Shown one piece after another: positions 24,141-38,969 of a DNA stretch of 64,000 nt. The DNA is taken from NCBI RefSeq assembly GCF_036321535.1, contig NC_087472.1, positions 93,622,001 through 93,686,000 of the forward strand. The letters run 5' to 3'. The DNA is from Camelus dromedarius (lineage: Eukaryota). Below the pieces are notes generated by a model. The model did not search any database, was not told where the DNA came from, and saw only the letters and a list, made by a program, of their open reading frames with translations. How positions within the stretch are numbered: position 1 is the first letter of the stretch; every line of letters starts with the position of its first letter. The translations under genes were made by a program, and so were the position numbers.

Positions 24141-26103
24141 TAAAATGCCCCGATGCTTTATTACTTTTTTCCAAATTCTACTCCTGATATCAAGAATAGA
24201 TCTGACATTAGTTACTTATGACTTCCATTCCCCCCATATATGCCATTTTCCTTTGAAATTATGGTGCATCATACTTTGCGGAGATAAAAATATTTTGTTG
24301 CCACAGTAAAAGCACTTTAAGTCCCCAGCATGCAGGTGAGGAGCTATTTTCAGAAAATTCTGTCTGTACCGAGAAATATATGCCTTTGAAGTTTTTTTCA
24401 AAAAAAAATTATCTATGTTTTTCTACTTTAAACATGTTTTATAAGGTGGCCGAAGGCTTTTTATCCATGAGACTGAGGTAATATGGCCTTAAACCCAGTA
24501 GAATCCAGGGCACCAATATTTCCAATTACTTCAAATTTTGGAGGAGTAGGGGAGATGGGCAGGTTGGAAAGCACTTGTCAATACATTCCATCTCACAGAA
24601 AACATGATTTTCTGAAATATCTGTACCGTTACTGCTATTATTTTTGCAATCTCCATAGTTTACAGCACCTTCTGTAATGATGTTGGCTGCCAAAAAAGTA
24701 CTCCTTCACCAAAATGAAATGCTTTCCAAATCCTAGTGATGTTGAAATATAGTCATTTTATACAATAGAAATAAACATTTCTATACTAAACTAAGCATAC
24801 ATAGAGAAAAATTCTTCAGAGTTGAAAACAAATGGCTAGGAAGGGAATTGCTAAGCAGGCTTCTTTGTCTTCTTAGGATATGCAAACAGGAAAAAGAAGC
24901 TAGGCGCACTTTAGAAAACTCTCAAGTGAAGAAAGAAAGCAGTGGATTAGTGTAAAATTAACATATATTTAGAATCTGGCTTGGTAAAATTAAGGGTTAA
25001 AAATAATTCCTGTAGCTTGATTTCTTAGACTAATTTATCTTTTTAAGATTTAATAAGTACAAAGCCAAATTAGAGTTATGGGAGAATCCATTAAAAGGCG
25101 TCATTTTGCACTTTCCTTTATTTCCTCTAGTATAAAATGAATTTGCTTTCCAGGAGGAAACAAACTGAAAAGTGCAGTTTTTATATATTAATTGCCTTAA
25201 ATACCATCACTTGATCACCATCATGTTTCCTCTTGACTACTCAGGCACTTAATAGGTTTTCAGGCCAGAGATGGCCCAAGTCACTGTGGTGTTTTATTGA
25301 AATACAAATAGATGTCAATATCAAAGTAAATGTAGATCCCCTTAAACAATTAAAATTAGCATATACATTAATTATAAACTATAATTAGCAAAAAAATCAA
25401 CTAATATCAGCTAACATTAATACAGGGGTCACAGGACCCAAGCAAGAGGTATGCGTGCTCCATCACCATGCCTCAGGATAAGCCACTTATCTCCATCCTC
25501 GACTTCTTTTTGAGGAAGAAAGAAAGACGCATTAATTTTTTAAAGTACTTTCTGTAACAATGATATAAGTCAAATGTACCTGCCAGTGGCCATGTTTGCC
25601 ACTAGTTATTCCCTGCCTAATGTTGAAACTAATACAGAGGAAATTGGAGCTTAGATGTGGAGAAAAAGGTAGAGTGACCTGAAGGTATTCATTTATCATT
25701 TGATAAAGCCATATTCATGGTTAACAACCTTGTAGGTAGAGAAAGGACATTTTCAAGGAGAAAGTAGTGATTCTGTTAATGGTAGCATGGGGTAGGACTG
25801 GGGTAGATAAAGCTGAAGATGTTCAGTCCAAAGACGGATTGGAATATTAAGGTCAGGTTGATGATTTAACATTTCCTAATATGGAGAAATAGAAACAATC
25901 TGAAAAGTTCTACATGCTTCTGCAACCACAATCTTCCATTCTACCTTCATCAGAACCCCATATTCCACTTTACATTCTATTAAAATGGATAAATTTTCTC
26001 TGTTTTTATCTAATGATAATCTATATACTTGTACACTGGATCCTATCAAGGCTTACCTACTCAAGAACTTAAGTTTTTATTTTATCCCTTTTTCTTCTAC
26101 ATC

Positions 26104-26325
26104 AGGGACCAGTAAACTATGACCCACAATCTAAATCTTGCCTTTCATCAGTTAGTTAATAAAGTTTTATTAGAACACAGCCATGGCCATTCACTTACAT
26201 ATTATCTGTGGCTGCTTTTGTGCTACAACGACAGAGCTTAGTAGCTGTGAAAGAGATCATGTGGCCCAGAAAGCCTAAAGTATTTAATATCTGGTTCTTT
26301 AGAAAAAATGTTTGCCAACTGATGT
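26104..26325 (+). mobile_element. MER58A-like hAT-Charlie element
   Basis: caggg..cagtaaacta...aataaagttttattagaacacagcca...aatgtttgccaac. Confidence 0.85.
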
Positions 26326-26339
26326 CTGACATCCTCAAT

Positions 26340-27290
26340 ATATTTTTCTTATTGATTAGATTATTCCTATTAGCAAATAAACATTCTGTAATATTTTTCA
26401 TTAAAAGTAACACCTCTCTTGACTCTCTTTTCCTCCTTCAACTACTGTCCCATTTCTCTGCTCACCCTTACATAAAATATCCTCAAAAATCTCGTATATA
26501 GCCTAGCTGTTTCACCTTTTCTTCTCTATTTTTTCTTGCATTCACTGAAGAGTTTTAACTATTTTATACAAACTGCTTTTTTAAGGGGGAAGGGTATAGC
26601 TCAGTGGTAGAGCGTATGCCCAACAGACAGGAGGTCCTGGGTTCAATTCCCAGTACTTTCATTAAAAAATTAATAAATAAACCTAACCACCTTCCCCCAC
26701 CAAAAAAAAAGTAAAAAAAATAAATAAATAACAGCACCAAACTGCTCTTTTAAGGTCGTCAATAATGTGCATGATTCCAATTTCACTGGCCAATTTTTAG
26801 TCTTCGTCTTATTTCATTCATTAGCAACCTTTGACATTATTTTAATCCAATTTTCTAGGAACATTTATTTGATTCTCCTAATACCTCATAGGCCGGTTAT
26901 TCTATTCTCAGTCGCCTTTCCTGGTACCTGCTCATTTTTATGGCTCCTGAACTCAGAAGTACTCCAAGATTCAGTCCTCAGACCTTTATCTACAATTATT
27001 CCCTTCATAATTTCATCCAGTATCATGAATTTAAATACCATATATCCTATACACTGGTGATGCCAAAAATTTTATTTCCAACTCAGACTTCTTCCTCCAA
27101 TTCCAGACACCTATTTAACTGCCTCAGCATATCTTCTTGGATTATAAATAGGTATCTCACACTTATGTGTCCAAGACAGAACTCTGTGCATATCTTTGAT
27201 GGCTCCACTTTGCTGAGGCCCATGCCTTCGCTCTATTCCAAGTGAACGTAGTCTTCCTCTATAGAAATAGATAATTATCTATTTTAAAGC
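26340..27290 (+). mobile_element. L2 LINE fragments (interrupted by a SINE)
   Basis: Pyrimidine-rich sense L2 (ccaatttcactggccaatttttagtcttc, cagacttcttctccaattccagac). Confidence 0.72.
26585..26737 (+). mobile_element. tRNA-derived SINE, camelid Vic-1-like, with TSD
   Basis: ggggaagggtatagctcagtggtagagcg...ggtcctgggttcaattcccag, A-rich tail; TSD caaactgcttttttaa (26569-26584) / caaactgctcttttaa (26738-26753). Confidence 0.92.
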
Positions 27291-27299
27291 TTCCATTAG

Positions 27300-30200
27300 A
27301 GGTTTCTGCTTCCAGTATGGAGGAGTAAGACCCTTATATACTGATCTTCCAACAAATTCAGCTATGAATAGACAGAAACAAACAAATAAACCAAAATACC
27401 TCGAGCCCTGGGAACTGCACAAATACAAACAGATTTGTAAAGGAGAATCAAAACTTGGACCAAATGAACAGCACAGAGTGAATTCCCTGTATTTTACAGC
27501 TTTGTCTTAGGGTAATACTAGTCGCAGCACACTGGGGCAGCAACAACTCCTGTAGTAAACCTGAAGCCTTTCTGGTAGGAGAGTGATCAAGGAGCCCTGG
27601 AATGGAGAGATCCAGAGAAGAGAAACCTTAAATTTTATGTTTAAATTCAGCCCAAACCTGTAAAACATGCATGGATAGAGGAAACTGGAAACAGTTTCCA
27701 GCCAAGGCTAAAAGAACAGAATTGAAATCTGAGCCACTTTCCCCTTCAGTCTTGGTATTTTTCAGTTTGGGTCTAGTCAAGTAAACTACTAAAAGAAAAA
27801 GAAAAACAAACAAACAAACAAAAGTATTACTACTCCTCAGAGCAATGAACAGAATCCGGAGTGTCCACAGTCTGAAATTCACAATGGCCATGATATAACC
27901 CAAAATTATTTGACATAAGAAGAGCTAGGAAATTTAGACCCAAGTTGAAAGGAAAAGGCTATCAGCAGATATATTATTTGATTGGATAATAAGCAAGACC
28001 CAACTATATGCTATCTGTAAGAGATACACCGTAAATATAAATAAACAGATAGATTTAAAATAAGTAAAAAAGGAAAGATACATCATACAAAGAGTAAATC
28101 TAAGGTGCCTGGACCTGTAATATTAATATTAGATACAATAGGCTTTGAAACAAAGCTTGTTCCCAGAAATAAAAAGGGGCATTTCATAAAGATATAATGG
28201 TCAATTTATTAGGAAGACATAACAATTATAAATGTGCATGTGCCTAATTATGGAGCCTCAAAATAAATAAAATAAAAATTGAGAGCATTAAGGAGAAAAA
28301 AAAAAGATACTTCCAGTTTCATGGAAGGAGATTTTAACTCCTTTTCTCAAAAAAAAACTGCCACAGAATAACTAGCCAAGATTTAGTTAAATCATGGATA
28401 TTTGGAACAATACTGTAAACCACTGTGGCCTAATTTACATTTATAGAACACTATACCAGACTACTGCAGGATACACAGTTCTTTTCAAGTGGACGTGGTA
28501 AATTCACAAAGATTATATGCTGAGTCATAAAAAGAGCCTCAAAACTTAAATATATCGAAATCATACAGAGTGTATTCTCTAACCACAACAAAATTAAATT
28601 AGAAATCAATAATAAGACAACATCTAGGTAAATCACACACACACACACACACGCATACCAAAGAATGCTAAGAGGCAATTTTATGACTTAAAACACATTT
28701 TTTAGTAGAGAAGTGAAACCTAAGTTCCTCGATCTAAGATTCCATCTCAAGAAAATAGAAAAATAAGAGAAAGTCAGGCTAAAACCATTAGAAAAATGAA
28801 AATAGTAAAATTATATGCAGCAATCAAAGGATTATAAAACAGGTTAAATAGTAAAGATAATAAAGCCAAAATCTGGTTTTTGGAAAAGATCAATGAAATT
28901 CACAACCTTTAGCTATACTGATTAAGAATAAAAAAAAAAAAGATGAAAAATCACCAACATCATGAACAGAAAAATGGATATCACTGAAGATTCTACAGCC
29001 ATTAAAAGGATAGTAAGAGAATGTCATGAACAGCTTTATGCAAAAAAATTCTAAAACTGAGATGAAATGGACAAATTCTTTGAAAGATTCAAGCTACCAA
29101 ACTCAGTCAAGAATATATAGATAACCTAAATAGTGCTATATTAATTAATATTAATTAAGGAGTATTATTTAATTTGAATTTATAGTTAGTAATCTTTCCA
29201 GTAAAAAAACTCCAGGCTCTGATGTTTTTCTCTGTTGAATCTTAACACACATTTAAGAAAGAAATGATACAAATCACAAACACTTTCAGAAAATACATGG
29301 GTTGGGGACACTTTTCATACTCATTTATGAGACCAGCAGTACCTTGATGTCAAAAGCATACAGTGGTATTATAAGAAAATTATGGATCAGTAATATCCCT
29401 TGTGAATTTAGACACAAAATCCTAAAAAAAGTATTAGTATATCTATTCCAGCAATATGTAAAAAAGATAATAAATCATGACTAAATAGGGTTTATCTCCA
29501 GAATATAAGTTTTGTTTAATATTAAGATAATTAATGTAATTCAAAAATATATTAAGAGAACAAAAACATATTGAGAGAAAAATAATTTCATCATTTCAAA
29601 AGATGCAGAAAAATTATTTTACAAAGACAAATATTTATTCATGATAAAAATACTCATCAAACTATAAGGAGAAGAGAATTTTCTCAGTTTGATAAAGGGC
29701 ACTTACAAAAACTGAAAAACCTGTGGTTAACATCTTACTTAATGATGAAAGAATGCATGCATTTCCCTAAGATCAGAAATAAAACAACAGTATTTTCTTT
29801 CACCACTTAAACTTTGTGTTGGAGGCTCTAGACATAGCAATGAGGGAAGAAAAAGAAATGAGTCATAAAGATGTTAAAGGAAAAAAGAAGATTGATGCCC
29901 AAATGCAGATGACATCATTCTTTGATAGAAGAATCCTGAGGAATCTACAGCTACCAGAAAAAAAAAAAAAAAAAAGAGTGAATTTCACAAGGTTACAGGG
30001 TAGAAAGTTATTATCCAAAGAACAGTAACATTTAAAAGACTGTACTTACAAGTGCACCAAATCACCATATACTTAGGAACAAATTTAACAAAAGTTGTGT
30101 AAGACATAACAATTAAAACTAGAGAATACTGACAAGGAAATTAGAGAATGAATTAAGAAATCTGAATTAAGAATCTACTATAATATTGGATTGGAAGAAT

Positions 30201-30310
30201 CAGAATAGATAATATACCAATTAGGCCCAGATTTATCTATACTGGATATTCAACAAAATCCCAATAAAAATTCTAGCAGGCTTTTTGGAGGGGTATAAGT
30301 TGACAAGTTC
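27300..30310 (+). mobile_element. Old L1: 5'-region fragment plus decayed ORF2 (endonuclease and RT)
   Basis: caagacccaactatatgctatctg (EN QDPTIC.L) at about 27994; gatgaaatggacaaattctttgaaaga; gatgcagaaaaa; gcagatgacat. ORF1 not evident. Confidence 0.88.
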
Positions 30311-31924
30311 ATAGCTAATTTTTAATTGTGGTTAGTAAAGGATAAATTAAAGACAGAATAATTGACAAACTATTTGTAAAATTTATCTGTTTCTGGTTTG
30401 TTTCAGTTAAGTTGTTTTATAGAATTCCTGAAAAATATTTCAATCCTCCAGCTCTGCATTTAGTATACAAATTTAACTGAGCACTAAGAACACTTACTGA
30501 AAAGTATATAGAATATGTGTGTATCTCTTTTTATCACACATTATTGGACATTATTGTCATTTTCTCAATCCCAGAAGCTATCAGGAAACATAAAGACTGT
30601 ACATATCCAGACCTTTGGTTTTGAGAAAGAGGATTATATAAATGGTGAAAAATGCTATACAATACAAATATTAAAGTTGACATAAGTAGATTTGCTTTAG
30701 CAATTATTTAATAACTTATAACCACTGCATATTTTTTATCACCTCTATAAAGTTCTTTTGAGGCCATTCCCCTGTCAGTCAAACTAGTGCAAAATTGTGA
30801 CCTCAGTTTATTTTGCTGGAAACTTTTACCTGAAAGAAGTGCCAGTCAGCTTTTAACTGAGTATTAAGGATTAGGTCAGGTTAAGAGACTATTGTATACA
30901 TTTTTAAAAAGAAAGTATTTTCCAATTCTTCGTAGCACATACGGTGGTGCCCTCCTCAACCCCTTATGACCCGATAAACTGATAATGCCAGGTTAAGCTT
31001 CCCAATTTAGTTGTGAAAATCTCCTTTTTGGGATACAGTTTATTCAATACTAAAATAAAAAAAAAAATGCTACTACTTCTAAAGGGTGCAAGTCTTTCCA
31101 ACTCGACTCTAAATGTCTTCTCTGCCATTGGGTTGTTTGTCAGGACTGCCCTATGGAATCTATTTAAAGAGAGATTAAAGAATCAAACCAACAGACAGTC
31201 TCGCAGAAAGATTCCATGTTGCACCTGACAGGAAGTGGCTTATCAATCTTCTGGAGGCCTTTTGTTTAGAAAATCAGTGTTTAGCAAATCTTGAGGGGCG
31301 TTTGCTCATAACTTGCCCATGTTTATATGCCTTAAAGTATTTCTTCTTGTTAAACTATATATATTTTGGCAAACTACACTATTCCTTAAATAGTAAATAT
31401 GAGAACTAGTTATGATAGAATTAAAACAGAAAATGGCTTTTTTAGGTACCCAGTCTGAATCCTCTTTCATTGAAAAACATACAGCTGAACAAGGTGAAGC
31501 ATCTTGTTCAATGCTCCACAGCTAGTTAGAGTTGGTCTTAGCTATATTCTTTCTATTATGCCACCCACTGCCCTACATTTTAATGATAGCAACATTAGCC
31601 TACTTTTATCGAGTTGTAAAAATTTACATTTACATGCAAATTCAAATGTAAAGTTTAAAATGTAATATCTGAATCATAGTTCCTAGTACTCTGAAAAAAT
31701 GCTGGGTAGCTTAAGTCTTACCTGTAAGCATTAAAAAATCTTTATTAATCAGGACATAAATGTTGATTACTGTCTTAATTATAGAGAGGATATAATATTT
31801 ATAACTTTTAAGAGGAATATAATATTTATAACTGCTCTTCACTATGATTACATTACCTGCCAGGCACTATGCTACACTGTACATGTATTTGATCTTGTAG
31901 GTACTGTTATACACATATATTTTG

Positions 31925-32046
31925 TGTGTGTGTGTGAGGGGAGGTAATCAGGTTTATTTATTTATTGATGGAGGTACTGGGGATTGAACCCAGGACCTAG
32001 TGCATGCTAAGCAGGTGCTCTATCACTGAGCTATACCTTCCCCCCA
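31925..32046 (-). mobile_element. tRNA-derived SINE, camelid Vic-1-like, inserted in a MIR
   Basis: ggaggtactggggattgaacccaggacc...cactgagctataccttcccccc; flanked by acatatatttt on both sides; MIR remnants at about 31840-32180. Confidence 0.9.
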
Positions 32047-33414
32047 TACATATATTTTAGATGAGTATATTGACACTCAGAAAGTTAAAGGACTTCTCAA
32101 AGACACCCGTTAATTAATGACAAAGGATTGATCCCATTTCAGATCTGTTTCATTTCAAAGTCTAAGCTCTTATGCATTTTCATAACTCCAAAATGCCATT
32201 TTCTGTAGCCCATGCCAATAGTGAATCAAAACTATTTCTCTTCTGGTTTATTTTAAAATTTGTTTATATAATTTTGTTTTCTGTTGGCAAGTTAAGTTGC
32301 TCTGCATAAATTCCTATATATTATCATAAATCCAACCTGCAAAAACAATAGTAATCTTCATCAAAAGTGGTCCTTAGGTTACCACTTAGTCATCTTTTAA
32401 CTAAACATAAAATTTTACAGCAGTAGAGAGCCTTAGAGTTTGTCAGATATAAACCAATAATTTTTACAAGGGGAAACTGAGACCTACTAATGTGAAGGAT
32501 CATGAAGCCAACTAAGTTTCAGAAGGATGTGAGCTCTCAGAAGGCCAGGTGTGAAAAGCAGGTCTCCAAACTTCTATCTGCTTTGTATGCTGTGCAAACT
32601 GGTATGGTTGAGGGTACGAAAGGAGGAAAAAATAGCAATTTAAAACACATTATGTAGGCAAAATTCAACTCTGAGGTGGTCCTTCCAGAATAAAAATTTC
32701 CTACAGTGTAGTTGGAGTGTTATTATATTAGGCATGCTTACATTTCAAGTATAGTCATATTTCTATTGTCAAAATAATGACAAACAAAGCTGGCATGGGA
32801 TGCTTCAAACTTCACAGATACGTGACAAGAAATAATGTATGTGACTTTCTCTAATCCAGTTGATACCTTTGAATACCTGAAACTTATCTATAGAACATTA
32901 TTTTAAAATTTGAGGGTTTTTTTCTGTTACTATTAATAGAATAAAAAAGGAAAATATGAACCCAAGTGTTTAATTAGGTAGACAGATCATCTTTTCAGAT
33001 AGTTCAACTTTTAATGTTAATCTGGCAGTAGCTATTACTTGACATGTTTTAAAGAAACAAATTAGTAACATCATCTTTCACACATGCAATAATATTGAAT
33101 TGTATACTTGAATTGTATACTTGATCAGTGACATTCCACATCTGAGATTTCTTTATCTTAAAAAAGATTAGTTTCATAGAAATGTTAACACTTTTAAAGT
33201 TTTCAAATAAATTTAAGCATAGTTAAACGGGGATATTTAAACACAAAAATAAATAAAGTTGTTAAAAATATAGTGGTAAAACTGTAAAACAGATTTCTAT
33301 GTGACAGGAACATAATAGAGGAAAAAATTATTTTAAAAATATATTATTTAATTAGAGTAGAATAGAAGTTATACATCAGGTGGAAGTCTAAAATGATTCT
33401 TGTGTAACAACTAG

Positions 33415-33700
33415 TAACAAATATTAATATGGTGACTATAGTTAATACTGCTGTATGATATATGGAAAAGTTGTTAAGAGAGTAGATCCTGAGAGTTCTC
33501 ATCACAAGGAGAAATTTTTTTTCCTTTATTTTTATTGCATTTATTTGAGATGATGGATGTTATCTAGGCCTATTCTTGCTGTAAAATACATGTAAATGAA
33601 ACCATCATGGTGTACACTTTAAACTTATACATTGATGAATGCCAATTATTTCTCAATAAAACTGTGGGAGGGAGAAAAAAGAGAAAAAAAGAGAGATAAA
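33415..33700 (+). mobile_element. L1MA/MB-like 3' end
   Basis: atggtgactatagttaatactgctgtatg...gagagtagatcctgagagttctcatcac...attatttctcaataaaactg. Confidence 0.85.
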
Positions 33701-34131
33701 TAATTTATGGAAAGCTGGCTTTCCTTGTTTCCCAACATTTAATTTTTATTTAATTTAGACAGTCACTCACATGCAATATTAGCTAACTTCATAAATTTCC
33801 TGATTTATAGAGCTAAGTTTCTATTGTTATTTGTTAATGAGTTCCATAGTTTTACTGATGAAGCAAAGCATGCAGGATTTTAATTTCCATATATTTTAAA
33901 CAGCTTCAAAAAGATCCTCTCAAATATCTGTATGTATTTTGTTTAAGGGAGGGGATCATTTGGTGTCAGAAGATTCTAGTTAAATGATAGGCTCATAATA
34001 CAAATCACGTGAAGTACATCTATCACTAATTTGGGTAAAGTAAATTTTTCCTACACTGGTGGATAGCTTGCATAACAAAATATTGCAGTCCATCTCCTTT
34101 ATATTATCATAGGACCTGGCATGGGTTAAGG

Positions 34132-34345
34132 CAGGGTTTCTCAGCCTAGGCTCTACTGACATTGGGAATGGATAACTCTTTGTTGTTGGAGTCTGTCCTG
34201 TGCACTGTAGGATGTTTACCAGCCTTCTAGCCTCTACCCACTAGATGCTGATAGAAGCCCCCCTTCCTTCCTGACCATCATAACAATTGAAAGTACTTGC
34301 AGACACTTGCCAAATGTCCCTTGGAGGACATAATCGCTCCCAGTA
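34132..34345. mobile_element. MER20 hAT-Charlie element
   Basis: cagggtttctcagcct...ctgtcctgtgcactgtaggatgttta...ctctacccactagatg...cagacacttgccaaatgtccc. Confidence 0.88.
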
Positions 34346-35229
34346 TAAAATATCTCACCAAAATAAAGAAACTGTTTTCTCTTAGCCTCTGATTCTTCAC
34401 TGTTTAGAGTCATGGATCTATTTGAGAATCTTACTGTCCTCGGAAAAATTCCATGCAGAAACAGCATTTTGCTTATTACATCTTGGTGATAAGGACCCTT
34501 TGGATCTGTCCATGCTCTTTTGTTTAAAATAACTAGTCTGGACGGTATTTCTAAATAATACATTTGAATGAAAACAAAGAACAAATTGTGAAATGAGAGA
34601 AAATGTATATTCTTTAGGCACTTTACACATTAAATCATTTTACAAAACCCCTTTGGATTCATTTTAACTGCCAATCAAGTCCCATCCTGCATGTCTGTAG
34701 GTAAGTAAATCCCGTCTTTCTCACAATACTATGGAAAGTCTGCCAGCCTGTTATTTCTTTGCCTTGACATTCATATTAAGTTGATGTTCAACTTTAAGTG
34801 TATATCTCTCAGAAATCTGAATGTAACAACTCCAATGACAGGCAATTTTGTAGTAAACCTAGGCATGTCTACACAAATAAAGCAGAGTTGTGCTATGTTA
34901 TTTTGGAGATATTTGGAATAAGTCAGTCCTTACAATAAACTATACCTTCCCCTCCCCTTGGAATGATATTCTAAGTCAAAACTCTGATATTTCCAGCTGC
35001 TTGCAAAATGTCTTCAAATATATCAACTATATTAACCATATCTTCAACTGAAGCACGTTACAATCAATGTGTTGATAATGGAATTAACACTTCCCCTAAC
35101 TTCTCTTGTTTTGATGATCTTTTTTCTACTAATTACAGCTCCATATTTTAATCTTCTAGGTTTCAAATCTAAAAAGAGCATTTCATTCACTTTCTCTCAT
35201 TACTTATCCTTGTTCACACTGCTCACATA

Positions 35230-35490
35230 GTAGCGTGGTTTTTAGACTGATAATCTGAGTATGAATTCAATCTCTGCCATTTGTTGGCATGCAATTTTTG
35301 GCAAATTATGGACATGGCTCTCTGAGACATTCCTTATTTGTAAAATAAACATAATACCTATATAATAAGCTTGTTTCATATAAATTCCTTAGATATTCCA
35401 TTGCACAATATCTTAATAATAACATTTATACTTAAAATGAAAACAGGACAAAGAAATAGACATAGATGTCTTAGTGAAGATTAGCTATCA
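35230..35490 (+). mobile_element. MIR SINE
   Basis: ctgagtatgaattcaatctctgccattt...ggcaaattat...ctctgag...atttgtaaaat. Confidence 0.6.
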
Positions 35491-36359
35491 TTATTTATTC
35501 ATTTTTGATATTTCTATCACATATAACTATACCTTTCCCTTCTGACAACCAATATTCTAGTTTTGATATATACTAATGATTTACATAGAGATTTAAAACT
35601 TCATTTTTTTTCTTAATGAATTGCAGTTGTACCTATTTTTTCCCTTCCTGACATGGATTTAAATTCACTCTGTAAATGCTTAGGAGACCTAGAATATTAT
35701 AACCTATTTCTCTTAAAACAACTTTCCAGAGATAAGTAGAGCAAAAAGCCCCATGTCTATTTAATATAAGAATAATTTATAGTATAAAATCAGCTACTTT
35801 ATAAAGAGCTATAACCTTGTTAGATTCATAAAGTTAATGAATTGCTACAATTTGATTTGGATCTTAAATGTGATATTTTGTTAGCTTTTTCCCTTAATAT
35901 ATTAAATGTCATTCTGATGGAATGATAAATGTGCATATATCTAAAGAAGTTTGAAGTAAATGTGCAAAGAAATACAGAAAAATTGCTTGGCATGGGGAGA
36001 TGTGTTTTTGTCCTTCATTTAAAAAATGCTTATTTCAGTGGTACTTGTTGACACATGGAAACATAATAGACGTGAGTCTTTATGTTCTCAATTTGTAGTT
36101 TCCATGTAAGTCAAGAAAAACTTCAAAGTAGTTATATTTTAGGGATATTACTTGTTCTAAATAGAATGACATTTTGTATCAATTCAATTGAGTTGTAAAT
36201 AGTAAATTTTTTCCAAGCCTGATTCACACCTTTATGTTATTGGAAGACTACCGTTGGCATTTGCGCTTGTGATCCCGATGAATATTCAAAGTGAAGATCA
36301 TTTTATTACTCATAGCTTGTATGCATCCAAGCTCCTGGCCTCCTCGAATCTATCTTGTT

Positions 36360-37200
36360 TTATTATATGGAAAATAATATATGCACATGACTTTAAAAAA
36401 TTGTGTGTAGAAAGTCTACACCACAGTGAGTTATAATATAATGTTATTAATATTTAAATTTTTCTGTCATAATTTAGTCCCGCAGCTGCTCTCCAGAAGT
36501 ATCCACTATCAGCAGTGTCTTATGTATCTCCTCCCAAAATGTTTTATGCATATATGTAATTTATATATGTATAGTCCCTTTACTTTTTACAGAAATAAGA
36601 CTAATTTTATTTCTTTATTTTTACTGAGCAATATATAATTTTTGTTTCTATTTTAAAATTTTTCTTCATGGCACTTATCACTACATTGTATTATACAACA
36701 TACATTATATATTTGTTTGTTTTTCTTTTTATCACCTTTTCTCAGTACATCATAAAATCCATAAAGGCAGGGACCTGGTCTTGTTCATGGCTACATCATT
36801 AGTGCCTGGAACTTAGTATGAGCTCAAATATTTGCTGAATGTACTAACAAATGAATAATTTATATTGTACCATGTCAGCCTATATTCTGCCATCCCATTC
36901 TTCTTAATGGTTACATGGCATTCCACTGTACAAGTAGCACTAATTTATGTAATTATCTTTCAGTTGCTGGTTATAAAGGCTGTAATGTGGCAACATATTC
37001 TTGTACATGTATCTTTATGTGCATATGTGAGTACATTTATTATATATGCATTTTGGAATACATTCATTAGGTGAATTCTTAAGGAAAATTGTTAAATCAG
37101 AGTATGTATGCTTTTCAATTTGATAGATATGGCCAAATTGTACTCCTAAAAGCCAGGGCTAATTTAGAATACAGCAGAACAATGTGTTTTCCCATATCCT
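36360..37200 (-). mobile_element. Old L1ME-like 3' fragment with a nested L2 3' end (about 36660-36860, +)
   Basis: Antisense L1 3' motifs; nested ccataaaggcagggacctgg...gtgcctggaacttagtatgagctcaaatatttgctgaat. Confidence 0.65.
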
Positions 37201-38969
37201 TTCTGATTATCAACCTGGGGTGTCAGATGCCAGGAGTAAACTGAACAGATGAGAGAGAACATTAATAAGATATTTTGCCTCTTGGAGATTGGGTTTATTC
37301 ATTGATAAAGTAGAGATGATAATAAAACCTACCTTGAGTGTGGTTTCAAAGAGAGGAACTTGTCTTTGGATTTAAAAACAAATAACAAATGAAAGTGAGA
37401 AAATGGCCTCCATGTAGTTACTTACCAAATCTACTAAGATATTCATATTTTAGTGGCAAGTTTTTCACTGGCATAATTTAAGAATATACATTTTCCCCTA
37501 TGGGAAAATTATATACCATTAGCATTTTAAAGTCTTCTGAACTGGACTTTTATATAAAAGATGTCTCATAAAAAATTGTTCTGGATTATCTTTTGGTATT
37601 GTCAGATGATTTTTAGAAGAAAAAGCACTCAGCGATAACAATACAGCAAAAAAGCTACTGCTTTTTCATCAGTTATTATAGATGGTCATCATACTAAATG
37701 CTTTCCAAATATTTATTTAATATTCACAGTTGTACTTTTGGGTTATGCATTATTATTTCCACTGTACAAATGAAAAGCAAAGCAATACAAACAAACTAGT
37801 GCACAAAAGTTTTAAGTAGTTTATCCAAGGCCACAGACCTAGCCTAGAAGATAAGATGAGCTCCAGTCCTAGCTTTGCCATTGATTTGCTGAGGTAATTT
37901 AAACAATTTAATTTTCTGTGTCTGTATTTCTTGGTCTTAAAAAAGAAGAGGCGAGATTGGGTGGTCTTATACTCCCTTGAAGTTCTAGTGTTTGTAAAGG
38001 TAGTTGCTGACAACTTTTCTAAACCTCATCCTGATAAGCCCATTCTGCTTATCATCAATTAGATAATTAACCAGTTCTTCTTCATGTGTGACTGAAATCT
38101 TTTCCCTATTTCATGTAAGCCCATTTCCTTTTACTTGATCCTCTGCAGACAAAACAATATTCCACTCAAAAACAATAATGAATTCATTCTTTTTATTCAA
38201 CTTTTTTAGTAGGCAAAAACTCTGCTTAGCATTTTAATACAACTAGATTTCTCTCAGTATTTTAAACAATTCTTCAGCATACACTTCAATTTCTTCATAT
38301 CCATTATTAAAATAGAGACTCAAATCAAACCTAATACTCTAATGAGATTTTTAGCTAGGCAACTAAAGCCAAATACCTTTATAAAGGAAGAATGATTTCT
38401 TAATGCTTTAATATCATTGTATTTTTAACACGTTGTATTTTTCTGAATTATGAGGATTTTATTCTTATCATTATATTACTGATACAGTTTAAAGATGACT
38501 GTTATCTTTTTTATTTAAAAATATTTTTAGTACTTGTATCTAGTTATTTTTCTCTTGCTATCTTACCTTGAGGTTATGGATATCTCTGTATCTTTACTCA
38601 TTCAGTTTTATGTATTCTTAACCAAGTGTTTCCCCCTGATTGTTTAAGTAGATTGTATTCTAACAGTGAGGATGTGGTAAAGAAATTTGATAATTATATT
38701 ATATTTCTCTTATATATTTATTTAATATATTCATTGAATGAAATTCTATTGTCAGACAAAGTCTTGTAATTCACAATTATTTATTTCTTCACCCCAAATT
38801 ATTTTCAAACTGTTGACAGATATATTCTTGGTGTGGTCTGCCCCTAGTGTTCTGCTTACTTAAAAGTGGTAGAGGCAATGCCAAACTTCTTTATCTAGTC
38901 ACTTTGTTTTTTCCACATAGATTTTTTTTTTTACATACTATTTTCAGTTAGAAATTGGAAAACAAAAAT

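Noticed and set aside
26585..26660. tRNA-like sequence as a tRNA gene
   Set aside because: Has a SINE tail and a 16-bp TSD, a degenerate anticodon arm, and two further copies in the window; it is a SINE.
29139..29158. Palindrome ttaattaatattaattaa
   Set aside because: Low-complexity AT sequence within a decayed L1.
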